A stretch of 64,000 nt of DNA. Source: Heterodontus francisci. Its lineage: Eukaryota. A model generated the notes under the pieces. That model searched no databases. It was not told the DNA's origin and was given only the letters and a program-made list of their open reading frames with translations. A program made the translations under genes and the position numbers. The stretch's first letter is position 1; each line of letters starts with the position of its first letter. This document shows, in pieces, positions 13,931 through 25,678 of the stretch. The stretch is from contig NC_090417.1 of NCBI RefSeq assembly GCF_036365525.1, positions 11,881,344 to 11,945,343 of the forward strand, in the 5' to 3' direction.

Positions 13931-14422
13931 CAGCAAAATCGTTTTTTTATTTCCTTTCTCACCGCGAACCGGAGACCAAATGCTAATTCGGCGCCTGCGC
14001 ACACCCGGAAAACCGCCCGCCGAAGCTGGCGCACTGCGCCTGCGCAAACACACCCTGACCCGCAGGGCACTCGGCCAACGGACTCCCCAATTGGCTGCGC
14101 CTTCCCCAACGGTCGACGCAGTGACTGGTGAAGGTGTCAGCCAACAGACGGAGAGGTGCTGGGAGAGTGCCTTCGGATTGGTCAACAGCTAACCAATAGA
14201 CCAGGAAGCCTGCAGGAGGCTGAAGTCTGAATGGCAGATGGCTTAACCAATAGATGATGGAGGGCGATAACCAAGGGCTTCCTGATTGAGCGGTCGCTTT
14301 CCACTGCATCCAATCGACTTGCAGGTTTCAGAACCTCGGGCTGTGCTTGTTTGTGGAGTCTGGGCCGAAGCCTGGGTCTGGATTTCTGCTGGTGCCCGAA
14401 TCGGCAGAGGCTGGTTGGGCTT
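13931..14422. promoter_or_regulatory. Bidirectional CpG-rich promoter and 5'UTRs shared by ACTR1B and the MARCHF5-like gene
   Basis: Divergent ATGs 492 bp apart; NRF1-like GCGCCTGCGCA at 13991 and 14036; CCGGAA (ETS-like) 14005; CCGCCC 14013; CCAAT/ATTGG boxes at 14087-14094, 14177, 14193, 14247 and 14310; locally CpG-rich. Confidence 0.8.
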
Positions 14423-14457
14423 ATGGCGGCGGCAGAGGGATTATTCGGCCTGGAGCG
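14423..14457 (+). CDS. MARCHF5: MARCHF5-like mitochondrial E3 ubiquitin ligase exon 1
   Basis: ATG GCG GCG GCA GAG GGA TTA TTC GGC CTG GAG CG|gtgagt; 35 nt, phase 2, joins exon 2 in frame (R-NCWVC). Confidence 0.85.
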
Positions 14458-14587
14458 GTGAGTGCGGGGGGGACCAGGAGGCTTTTCGCGGTGATCGGGG
14501 GGCTGATAGTATGTTGCGTTCGGTGTTCTTCGTCCGCCTCTCCGGGGTTTGAAACTCAAGCCTGGCTGATGCGAACCGCAAGGTATC

Positions 14588-16415
14588 CCCTTCACCCCCC
14601 CCCCCCCCCCGCCCTTCCCCTTCACCCCCCCCTTCCCCTTCACCACCCCCCCCTTCCCCTTCACCACCCCCCCCCCCTTCCCCTTCACCCCCTTCCCCTT
14701 CACCACCCCCCCCCCTTCCCCTTCACCACCCCCCCCCCTTCCCCTTCACCACCCCCCCCCTTCCCCTTCACCACCCCCCCCCTTCCCCTTCACCACCCCC
14801 CCCCCTTCCCCTTCACCACCCCCCCCCTTCCCCTTCACCACCCCCCCCCCTTCCCCTTCACCACCCCCCCCCTTCCCCTTCACCACCCCCCCCCCTTCCC
14901 CTTCACCACCCCCCCCCTTCCCCTTCACCACCCCCCCCTTCCCCTTCACCACCCCCCCCTTCCCCTTCACCCCCCCCCTTCCCCTTCACCCCCCCCCTTC
15001 CCCTTCGCCACCCCCCCCTTCCCCTTCGCCACCCCCCCCCTTCCCCTTCGCCACCCCCCCCTTCCCCTTCGCCACCCCCCCTTCCCCTTCGCCACCCCCC
15101 CCCTTCACCACCCCCCCCGTTCCCCTTCACCACCCCCCCCGTTCCCCTTCACCACCCCCCCCGTTCCCCTTCCCCACCCCCCCTTCCCCTTCACCACCCC
15201 CCCCTTCCCCTTCACCACCCCCCCCTTCCCCTTCACCACCCCCCCCTTCCCCTTCACCACCCCCCCCTTCCCCTTCACCACCCCCCCCTTCCCCTTCACC
15301 ACCCCCCCCTTCCCCTTCACCACCCCCCCCTTCCCCTTCACCACCCCCCCCTTCCCCTTCACCACCCCCCCCTTCCCCTTCACCACCCCCCCCTTCCCCT
15401 TCACCACCCCCCCCTTCCCCTTCACCACCCCCCCCTTCCCCTTCACCACCCCCCCCTTCCCCTTCACCACCCCCCCCTTCCCCTTCACCACCCCCCCCTT
15501 CCCCTTCACCACCCCCCCCTTCCCCTTCACCCCCCCCTTCCCCTTCACCACCCCCCCCTTCCCCTTCACCACCCCCCCCTTCCCCTTCACCACCCCCCCT
15601 TCCCCTTCACCACCCCCCCCTTCCCCTTCACCACCCCCCCCTTCCCCTTCACCACCCCCCCCTTCCCCTTCACCACCCCCCCCTTCCCCTTCACCACCCC
15701 CCCCTTCCCCTTCACCACCCCCCCTTCCCCTTCACCACCCCCCCTTCCCCTTCACCACCCCCCCTTCCCCTTCACCACCCCCCCTTCCCCTTCACCACCC
15801 CCCCCTTCCCCTTCACCACCCCCCCTTCCCCTTCACCACCCCCCCCTTCCCCTTCACCACCCCCCCCTTCCCCTTCACCACCCCCCCCTTCCCCTTCACC
15901 ACCCCCCCCTTCCCCTTCACCACCCCCCCCTTCCCCTTCACCACCCCCCCTTCCCCTTCACCACCCCCCCTTCCCCTTCACCACCCCCCCTTCCCCTTCA
16001 CCACCCCCCCTTCCCCTTCACCACCCCCCCTTCCCCTTCACCACCCCCCCTTCCCCTTCACCACCCCCCCCTTCCCCTTCACCACCCCCCCCTTCCCCTT
16101 CACCACCCCCCCCCTTCCCCTTCACCACCCCCCCCCCTTCCCCTTCACCACCCCCCCCCTTCCCCTTCACCCCCTTCCCCTTCACCACCCCCCCCCTTCC
16201 CCTTCACCCCCTTCCCCTTCACCACCCCCCCCTTCCCCTTCACCACCCCCCCCTTCCCCTTCACCACCCCCCCCTTCCCCTTTCCACCCCCCCCCTTCCC
16301 CTTTCCACCCCCCCCCTTCCCCTTTCCACCCCCCCTTCCCCTTCACCACCCCCCCCCCTTCCCCGTCACCACCCCCCCCCCCTTCCTCTTACTCTCTTTC
16401 TCCCCCCCCCCCCCT
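14588..16415 (+). repeat. C-rich minisatellite, ~21-bp unit (CCCTTCCCCTTCACCACCCCC)n with variable C-run lengths
   Basis: About 1.8 kb of tandem CCCCTTCCCCTTCACCA units, almost no G on the plus strand. Confidence 0.97.
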
Positions 16416-16558
16416 CCTACATTGGAACTGTGCACCATTCCCTTCAAAATCTTGCTTTTTTCTGAAGTCTTTATCCATTTAGAATGTTATGGTTTGTGTC
16501 CTTGTTAGCCCATTACCATATTTCTGTTTTTTTTGTTTATTTCTTTGACTTTCTGCAG

Positions 16559-16761
16559 GAATTGCTGGGTGTGCTTTGCCACTGACCTTGATGATCGCTC
16601 TGCAGAGTGGGTAAGCCCATGTCGTTGTAAAGGATCGACAAAATGGATCCACCAGGCATGCCTACAACGATGGCTTGATGAGAAACAGAAGGGGAACAGC
16701 ACAGGCCGGGTGGCATGTCCACAGTGCAACACTGAGTACTTGATCGTCTTCCCAAAGCTTG
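16559..16761 (+). CDS. MARCHF5: MARCHF5-like exon 2 (RING-CH/RINGv domain)
   Basis: 203 nt encoding NCWVCFATDLDDRSAEWVSPCRCKGSTKWIHQACLQRWLDEKQKGNSTGRVACPQCNTEYLIVFPKL; C4HC3 pattern; canonical splice sites. Confidence 0.96.
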
Positions 16762-17426
16762 GTATGTAACAAGATTTTTGTCTTTTCCCTGAAAGGCAGT
16801 GAAGTTGTCTGGAAAATTCCCTTCCAGTCATGATATATTTATGTACTACTTTTCACCCTTCCTGTCCAGCCTTTCTGTGTGCTGTGCATTCTCAGCTACT
16901 GTAATGAAGAAGCCATGAGTCTCTCCAGTGATGTGTCAAAAAAAAAAAAACAAGCTTTCTACTGCAAACACCAACCAACTTGTTTTTTTAATCCAATAAC
17001 AGGCCACCAATTCATGTGCCAAGTCCCCATTGTTTTCAATGGCACTTCAGCTCTATTAGATGCAACTGATGAACCAGCAGCTTTACTATCCCACAATCTG
17101 TGTCCAGTGTGAATGAACAGGATCGCTTTGGGCTTTGATAATTGAAGCTTGGCACGTATCAAATAGTGCAGAAAAGGAGTGACTGTAGTTGTACCAATAA
17201 CTTGGAGATGAAAAAACAGTAAGAGAGAAAGATGATGATCAATCTTGTCCAAGCTCCAGGAGAAGGTCATTCCCCCACTGTAAGATTTCAGTTCAAGAGC
17301 CTGCACATGCAGCTGTAATGTCAAAGCAATGCTGATGTATGTAGGAAGGGAAACCTGGACCATGGTGTATTGTAGCAGTGGTTGTTTTTTGGAAGTTTTT
17401 CTTGATTTTGTGATTCTTTTCCTTAG

Positions 17427-17557
17427 GTCCAGTTGTGTACTCCTTGCACCAAGTTGACCGCATTCTGTCCAAAGCCAGCCCCTTTGCAGCTGCCAGCATC
17501 GTGGTGGGGACTGTGTACTGGTCGGCAGTGACATATGGAGCAGTGACTGTAATGCAG
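17427..17557 (+). CDS. MARCHF5: MARCHF5-like exon 3 (transmembrane region)
   Basis: 131 nt encoding GPVVYSLHQVDRILSKASPFAAASIVVGTVYWSAVTYGAVTVMQ. Confidence 0.95.
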
Positions 17558-19213
17558 GTTGGTCCACGCACTCTCAAATGTACTGGTCATCATTCTCCAG
17601 AGTCAAGAATTGTTAGCCTTCTGTCCTCTTCCTATGAGCAATTTTTTAGTGAGACACCCTTGCACTCCCCACCTCAATACCTTCAAGCTGCTGCCCTCCT
17701 GACAGCTCAGTTGGTAAAGGGGTCCTTTGCGTCGACCAAAAGGTCTGTTCTGCTTTTGCTGGTTGCAGTTGGGGACTGCAGTTCATGTCATTATCCCTGA
17801 GCTATGGAGTATTAGTCGCAGTAACTATTGTTGTCAGATGACAGTGGGATGGAGATTGATTGTGATGCTATCTCAGTATCATTAGTGGAGGTGTTGCAGC
17901 AGCAAGTCCCTATCTCATCTGTAGACATCGATTGCATGTTCTGTAATAATGGAGGAAGTTTATGCCCAACCTTTATTTGAAAGAGCATTTGAGTGTAGCA
18001 TTGCTGATTTGACGATCACTTATCTTCAGACTGCAGTGTGCTCTGCTGTTTGCCTCAAAGCATGGACGAGAGCAGGAAACCTGCATATTAACATCTTGCC
18101 GATGCAGGTTGGTTGCAGTCCTGAAGCAGGCAAATGTTTACGTCCATTCCACCTGCAGCCTTGACTTGCTGAGATCAAAACTTTGTCCTGGATAAGATCT
18201 AGAGACACGGAAGAAATTTTTGCATATATTACGCATGCTCAGCTCCGAGAAATGGGGAGGAAGAAGTGTGAAAGTCAAAATGTAATAATTGAGGGCTCAG
18301 TAATACAGACAGTAAGACTTCCTGGGACCTCGGTTTGCATCTCATCCAGGCTAATTTCAGCAGTGTGCATGGCTCACAGCAGAAAAATGACACTTACTTG
18401 TTCACTTTGTTCATGTCGGCATCAGGGTATTTGGTCATAAGGGAGCTTGACTGCTTCTAAATATGATATTTGTGGCCTGGGACCACACTGGGTGACTGAA
18501 ATAGCCAAGTTCCTTTCACTGGCATTCCTTTTCTATGAGCATCTAATTCACACTAGGAGATGTACAAACTGTGGGTCATTACCAAGGCTGTGAGCTGCAT
18601 TGTACACGTCCAAGTGCCTTTGACAAGTACTAAGTAGTAGACTTTGTTGTCTTGGGCTATTGGGTTTGTTAAATATATGTCCAGTTGACACAAGAACTTT
18701 CTTTCCACGTGCCTTAACGTATTTCACATGATTCAAACATAAATGCTGAGCCACAGGAGGATATATGAGGAAGGGTGGTCAATAGTTTGGTGACGGAGGT
18801 CAGTTTTCTGCATTCTTTGAATAGGAGAGGGAGGGAGATGGCAAAGGGGTGTCGGCAAGGAATTCAGGTGTTGGTCCCAGATAGCTGATGGCATGGCTGT
18901 CAGTGGAGGGTTTAAAGGAGATGGGGTTGCACGTGAGGTTGAAGTTGGGGGAACGGAGAGTTGTGGGGCTCGAGGAGTTTCGAGACATCAGAACAGCCAA
19001 GGCTGTGAAGGAACTGAAATACAAGGATGCAAAATTTTACATTGGGGTTTGTTAGTTTCATGAGGCATCAGTTATAGGTGATGTTGGGTTTGTTAAATAG
19101 TTTCCTGGCTGACATAAGTTAAACAACACATATAGTTAGTCAGACTGGTTCATTGTAGCCAACTGCACTAACATTGTGGGAATTGAGACATTGCACATTT
19201 ATCATAGAATGTT

Positions 19214-19545
19214 TAAAGTTTAGAGATACAGCACTGAAACAGGCCCTTCGGCCCACCGAGTCTGTGCTGACCATCAACCACCCATTTATACTAATCCTAC
19301 ACTAATTACATATTCCTACCACATGCCCACCTGTCCCTATATTTCCCTACCACTTACCTATACTAGGGGCAATTTATAATGGCCAATTTACCTACCACCT
19401 GCAAGTCTTTGGCTGTGGGAGGAAACCGGAGCACCCGGAGAAAACCCACGCAGACACAGGGAGAACTTGCAAACTCCACACAGGCAGTACACAGAATTGA
19501 ACCCGGGTCGCTGGAGCTGTGAGGCTGCGGTGCTAGCCACTGTGC
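19214..19545 (-). mobile_element. tRNA-derived V-SINE (HE1-like shark SINE)
   Basis: Minus strand: GGCACAGTGGCTAGCACCGCAGCCTCACAGCTCCAGCGACCCGGGTTCAATTC head, V-domain TGTGTGGAGTTTGCA..GGGTGCTCCGGTTTCCTCCCACA, CR1-type tail GGGCCGAAGGGCCTGTTTC. Confidence 0.85.
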
Positions 19546-19554
19546 CGCAGAAGG

Positions 19555-20240
19555 AGGCCACGCAGCCCAACCTGTCTGTGCCAACTCTCCACAAGAGCAC
19601 CTCAGTTGGTCTGGCTCCTCCACCCTTCCTCTGTTGGCCTCCAAATTTTTTCTCTCCAGATAATCATCCAGTTCTCTTTTGAAAGCCATGATTGAATCTG
19701 CCTCCACCAGACTAGCAGACAATGCGTCCCGGGTCCGAACAACTGGGTGCGTTTATAAAAAAAAAAAAATCAGTTTCCTCATCGCCAGTTCTCCTTTTGC
19801 CAATCATCTTAAATCGGTGTCCTCTGGTTCTCGGTCTTTTTGCAGACCGGATCAGTTTCTCCCGATCTCCTCTGTCCTGGCTCCTAATTATTTTGAATGC
19901 CGATCAAATCTCTTCTCAATATCTTCATCGCGCAAGAGAACAACCTCAGCTTCTCCAGTCTATCCACCTCACTGAAGTCCCTCATGTCTGGAAATCTTCT
20001 CTGCACCATCTCTGCCTTTACATCCTTCCCAGAGTGCAGTGCCCAGAATTGGACACAGTACTCCAGTTGAGGCTGAACCAGTGTTGTATACAGTTTCACC
20101 ATAAATTCCTTGCTTTTGTGCACTCTGCCTCTATTTATAAAGCCCAGAATTCTGTATGCCCTTTGATCTGTCAACCTGCCCTGTCACCTTCACCGACCTG
20201 TGCACACATAGCTTCTGGTCCCTCTACTCCTGCATGCCTT
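19555..20240 (-). mobile_element. CR1-clade LINE 3' fragment (degenerate)
   Basis: ORF 19884-20174 contains LYTTLVQPQLEYCVQFW and VQRRF, CR1 RT C-terminal motifs. Confidence 0.8.
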
Positions 20241-20671
20241 TAGGGAATATGTTTTTCTTCAAGTGAGGCAAATAATATAGCTCCTGAATCTCCAACGATA
20301 AGTGCTGTAATATTGCAGCTAAGAGGAACTGGGAATTGAGCTCCCAAGCAATGTTTCTTCACGTTAAAAAAAATTAGTGAATTGGGTTTATCTTGAGAGA
20401 TGTCTGATTTATGCCTAAAGTGAGCAATGACAGGAGAAGGAGTAACACCAAGATGGACGGTGCAGTCTTGTGGCATTTTTTTTTTGTTAGCTTGAATGGC
20501 ATACAGAGTGGTGGAGTCCAAGTCTGCAACCATTCCATGCAGTTAGGTACGCAACAGAGATCTGAAAACTTGTATGAAAGGATAAGCTCGAGTGGGCTAA
20601 CAGTTTCCTTCATCTGTACTGATCTTCACTATCAACAAATGGATAGTGTAGAACACTTGACAGTAACTGTC

Positions 20672-20704
<33 letters not shown>

Positions 20705-20706
20705 AG

Positions 20707-20890
20707 GTTGTTGGACACAAGAAAGGTCTGGACCTCATGGAGCGGGCAGACCCACTTTTCCTGCTCATGGGGCTGCCCACTATTCCAGTCATGTTGATTC
20801 TGGCCAAGATGATCCGGTGGGAGGACTTTGTGCTTCGCATGTGGCGCAAGTACTCCAGCAAGCTGCAAGTTCTAAGCAACATTTTCCCAG
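20707..20890 (+). CDS. MARCHF5: MARCHF5-like exon 4
   Basis: 184 nt encoding VVGHKKGLDLMERADPLFLLMGLPTIPVMLILAKMIRWEDFVLRMWRKYSSKLQVLSNIFP; acceptor follows a (CT)n tract; gtgag donor. Confidence 0.95.
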
Positions 20891-21894
20891 GTGAGACCCA
20901 GCCTCTTCTCATGACATACTATCGCCATTGGGTCCCTATGGCAGGGCTATCCGAGGGTCCTCACCGTAGACTGAAGGCAGAAAAGTTTATGATCCTTTTC
21001 TACTTGCTCATTACTAACACATTAGCTCAGTGTGTTTTGGCTTTCTGAGCAAGTTTGTGCTGAAATTAAGTTCTCATCTTTGTTTTCAAATATCTCCATG
21101 TCCTTGGCCATCTCTTTCTCCATAACCTCTTCCAGCGCTAACTCCCTTGGAGTTAACTGTGCTCCTCCAATTCTGGCCATTTGAGCATCCTCGACTTTTA
21201 ATCATTCCAACGTTGGTTGCATGTCTTCAGCTGCCAAGGAATTATTCACCGAGCCTTTCTGCCTCTTTTTTTATTCCCCCTTTATGATGTTTCTAAATTT
21301 TTGGTCAGTCTGCCTTCAACCACACTGTGGCTCGATATCAAATTTAGTTTGGGAATGCTCATGAAGCTCCTTGGGATGTTTTGTTCAAAGTGCTGTCGAA
21401 ATAATGGTTGTAGACTGAGTGTTTTACACATCTCTATCTCTCTTCTGTCACTCGTCTTTGTTTGCTTGAACAATTTATATCAGTCTTGCATGCACACTCT
21501 TCTCCAGTCTTGTGCTCACTCTGTCACTTTGTCTGTGTGTGTGTGTGTCCCCCCCCCCCCCCCCCCCCCCAGCCTTGTCTGTGTGTGTTACTGGCCGTAG
21601 AAGGTGCTTGAATTGTCTAGCAACTATGCCCTACCTGTACACTTACTGCTGAGATTGTTTGTCTTCTGTGTTGTTACAGCATTACAACTCGAGGTATTAA
21701 CATCAGTGGAAGTTTCAAATCACTAGATGACGTAGAGCACCACACATATTTAATATTTAGTTTAAATTACATCAAGAAACAAAGAATGCAACTTCCCCTT
21801 TCAACACACCATGTGGTCAGGTGTGTGCTTGTATGTGTGTGTCCCCTCATTTTGTGCACTGTACAGATTGTGTTGATGTTTCTGCGTTGTGTAG

Positions 21895-22061
21895 GTTTCG
21901 GATGCCCCATTCCTCGTGTACCAGCTGAGACCAACTATCAGACTGACCACATGTCGGTCTCTCGCATCCTGTGTGGTGCACTCATCTTTCCTACAATTTC
22001 CAGCTTGGTCGGCAAACTAATATTCAGCAGCGTCAACTCAAACTTGCAGCGCACTATCTTG
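21895..22061 (+). CDS. MARCHF5: MARCHF5-like exon 5
   Basis: 167 nt encoding GFGCPIPRVPAETNYQTDHMSVSRILCGALIFPTISSLVGKLIFSSVNSNLQRTIL; gtgagt donor. Confidence 0.95.
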
Positions 22062-22394
22062 GTGAGTATGCGTGCTGATCTCCTCTGATTTTTTTTTCTC
22101 TTCCCACCTCTCCTGAACGTGTTGACTCATGCTGGGGCATAGTTCCACTTGCAGCAATGTTGTCTGATCGCACTGGATTATCCACCACTTTGTACAGCGA
22201 CCTTGAGTGAGACAGACTGTAAGGCTTTGCATTGCTTCAGTATGCTTAGAACTCACCTTTGTAATATTCTTGTCATTTGGTGTGAGTCACACAAGCCCAA
22301 TTTCACAATTGGGCACTTGCTATGCTCCTCCACGTCCCCATGTTAGCCAATATTGTAAGCTGTCCTCGATCTTCAGGTATTGTTCCTCTTTTAA

Positions 22395-23740
22395 ATCTGC
22401 CATCACCCCTCCTCAAATTAAAAACAACCTTTGAACTCGCCACCCATCTCCTACCTCCCTTTCCTCGCTAAGTCCTTGAATGTGTTGCCTTTTAAATCCG
22501 TTTCCACTTTTCCTGGAACTGGACGTTTGAATCCCTCCAGTCAGTTTTCCAGCCCTGTCACAGTACTGGAACAGCTCTTATCAAGTCATAAATGGCATCC
22601 TATGTGACTGTAACAAAGGTAAACTTTCCCTCCTCATCCTTTTTGACCTGTCTGCAGCCTTTGACACGGTTGACTGCACCATCCCCCTCCGAAGCCTCTC
22701 CACTGTCGTCCAGCTGGGTGAGACTGCTCTCACGTGGTTCCTTTCTTGGCTAACTAATTTTAACCAGAGAAGCAGTTGCAATGGCTTCTCTTGCTACCGC
22801 ACTGTTCACCTCTGGTGTTCTCCTCTCTTGTTTTCCCCCCCCCCCCCCCATTATTTTATCTTTAGGCCCCATCCTATTTCTCGACTGCCTGCTGTCCCTC
22901 GGCGACATCATCTGAAAGCATAACGTTAGTATTCACATGTATGCTGACAACACCCAGATCTCGCCCATCACCACTTCTCTCGACTCCTCCACTCTTGCGA
23001 TGTTTTCAGATTGCTTATCCGACATCCAGTACTGGATGAGCAGTAATTTCCTCCATGCACTATTGAAAAGACTGAAGCCATTGTTCTCAGTCCCTGTTAG
23101 AAACTGGGTTCCCGAGCTACCGATTCCTTCATTCTCCCTTGCAACAGTCTGAGATTAAGCCAGTTTGTTGCCAACCTTTGACCTCAATGAGCTTCCAGCC
23201 TCATAGTTCTGCCAGCATCAAGATCACCTCGGTAACATCGCCCAATGCTGCCCCTGTCTCCACTCAGCTGCTGAAATCCTCATTTATGCCTTTGTTAGCT
23301 CTAGACTTGACTATTGCAATGCACTTCTGGCTGGTCTCTCGCATTTTACTCTCCAAAAACATGAGGTGATCCAAAACTTTCCTGCCTGTGTCTTAACTCA
23401 CACCAAGTCCTGATCCACCTTCACCCTTGTTCTCACCGATCTACATTGCTCCTGGTCAAGCAACATCTTGATTTCAAAATTCTCATGCTTAATTTCAAAT
23501 CCATCCATGGCCTAGCTCCTCCCTATCTCTGTAGTCTTCTCTGGCCCCACAACTCTCCAAGATTTGTGTTCCTCTAATTGTGGCCTCTTGTGCATCCCTG
23601 ATTTTAATCCCTCCACCATTGATGGCTGTGCTTTCATTTGCCTAGGCCCCAATCTCTGGAATACCCTCACTACACTTCTTCTTTCAGACCTATCTTTTTA
23701 ACCAAGCTTTTAGTCATCTGACCAAATATCTCCTTTTGTG
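22395..23740 (+). mobile_element. L2-clade LINE fragment (RT and 3' region, degenerate)
   Basis: LLILFDLSAAFDTVD readable near 22630 and YADNTQ (YADD-like) at 22940; L2-type 3' region. Confidence 0.8.
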
Positions 23741-23742
23741 TC

Positions 23743-25678
23743 CCACTTTGGGGAGGTGGGACTAGTACAAACTGGACGGGTTACAGCAGGGCAGGACTGG
23801 GGCTGATGTCCTGGGGGAGTATTTGCGAGAGTGATTGGGGAGGGTTTAAACTAAAATGGCAGGGGATGGGAACCTTTGCAAGGAGTCAGAGGAGAGGGGA
23901 TCAAAGACGAGAAGAAAAGACAGTAAGGGGAATAAGAAAAGTGATGGGCAGAGAAATCAAGGGCCAGAATCAAACATGACCACAGTGAAAAATAGTGGCA
24001 AGGGGTCAGGTAAGGTTAAAAAGGCAAGCCTTCAGGCTTTCTGCCTTAACGTGCACAGCATTCGCAGTAGTGGATGAATTCCTAGCGCAGTTAGATGTAA
24101 ACAGATATGATGTAGTCGGGATTACGGAGACATGGCTGCAGGGTGACCAGGGATGGGACATGAACATCTCGGGGTTTTCAGTATTTAGGAAGGACAGAAA
24201 AAAAGCAAAAGGCGGTGGAGTTGAATTGCTGGTTAAAGAGGAAATTAACGCAATGGTGAGGAAGGATATTGGCTCTGACTATCTGGAATTTGTGTGGCTA
24301 GAGCTGAGAAATACTTAAGGCAAAAAAACATTCGTGGGGGTTGTGTACAGACTCCAAACTGTAGTGGTGATGTTGGGAAAGGCATTAAACAGTAAATTAG
24401 AGGCAAATGCGATAAAGGAACATGTGTAATTATGGCTGACTTTAATCTGCAAATAGATTGGGCAAATCAAATTAGTCACAATACCGTAGAGGAGGAATTC
24501 ATGGAGTGTATACAGGATGGTTTTCTGGACAGATACATTGAGGAACCAACTAGAGAACAGGCCATCCAAGACTGAGTATTGTGTAATGAGAGAGGAATAA
24601 TTGACAATCTAGTTGTGCGAGACCCCTTGGGGACAAGTGACCATAATATGATAGAGTTCTTCATCAAGATGGAGAGTGACGTAATGATTATGAGACTAGG
24701 GTCCTGAATCTAATAACGGAAATTACCAAGGTATGAGGAGCGAGTTGGCTATGTTGGATTTGGAAACGTGAGTTAAAGGGATTGCGGTGGATAGGCAATG
24801 GCAAAAATTAAGAGCACATAGATTAACTGCAACAATTGTTTATTCCTGTCTGGCGCATAAGTAAAATGGGAAAGGTAGCCAAACCATGGCTTACAAGGGA
24901 AATTAGCATTTGATCTAAGGAAGAGGCATACAAAGTCGCCAGAAAAAAACAGACCTGAGGATTGGGAGCAGTTTCGAATTCAGCAAAGGAGGACCAAGGG
25001 ATTGATTAAGAAAGGGAAAATCGAGTACGAGAGCAAGCATGCGGGGAACAAAAAAACTGTTGCAGTTTCTATAGGTATGTGAAGAGAAAAAGATTGGTGA
25101 AGACAAATGTCGGTCACTTACTGTCAGAAACAGAGGAATTTATTGTGGGGAACAAAGAAATGGCTGACCAACTAAATGCATACTTTGGTTCTGTCTTCAC
25201 AAAAGAGGACACAAATATCATATCAGAAATGTTGGGCAACACAGGGTTTAGTGACAGGGAGGAATTGAAGGAAATCAGTATTTGGAGAGGAATGGTGTTG
25301 GAGAAATTGATGGGATTGAAGGCCGCTAAATCCCCAGGGCCTGATAATCGACATCCCAGATTACTTAAGGAAGTGGCCCGAGAAATAGTGGATGCATTGA
25401 TGGTTATCTTCCAAGATTCTATCGACTCTGGAACAGTTCCTACAGATTGGAGTGCAGCTAATGTAACCCCAGTATTTAAAAAGGGAGGTACAGATAAAAC
25501 AGGCAATTATGGACAAGTCAGCTTGACGTCAGTAGTAGGAAAATTTTAGAGCCCATTCTCCTAGTTTTTTTCGCAGAGCACTTGGAGAACAGTGGTAGAA
25601 TCAGACAGAGTCAGCATGGATTTACGAAAAGGAAATCATGCTTGACAAATCTACTAGAATTCTTCGAGGATGTAACTG
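23743..25678 (+). mobile_element. CR1-clade LINE internal fragment (ORF1 end, APE endonuclease, start of RT) with stops and frameshifts
   Basis: GITETWL, SDHN, KSPGPDNRHPRLLKE, VPTDW..ANVTPVFKKG and QHGFTKRKSCLTNLLEFFE motifs. Confidence 0.9.

Noticed and set aside
14347-16482. 711-aa proline-rich ORF and the antisense GKGGVVK-repeat ORFs
   Set aside because: They are translations of the stop-free C-rich minisatellite lying within MARCHF5-like intron 1
19480-19545. tRNA gene suggested by A/B box-like motifs (also ~52920-52985, ~55710-55770, ~59270-59355)
   Set aside because: These are SINE heads continuous with SINE bodies; no complete cloverleaf is evident
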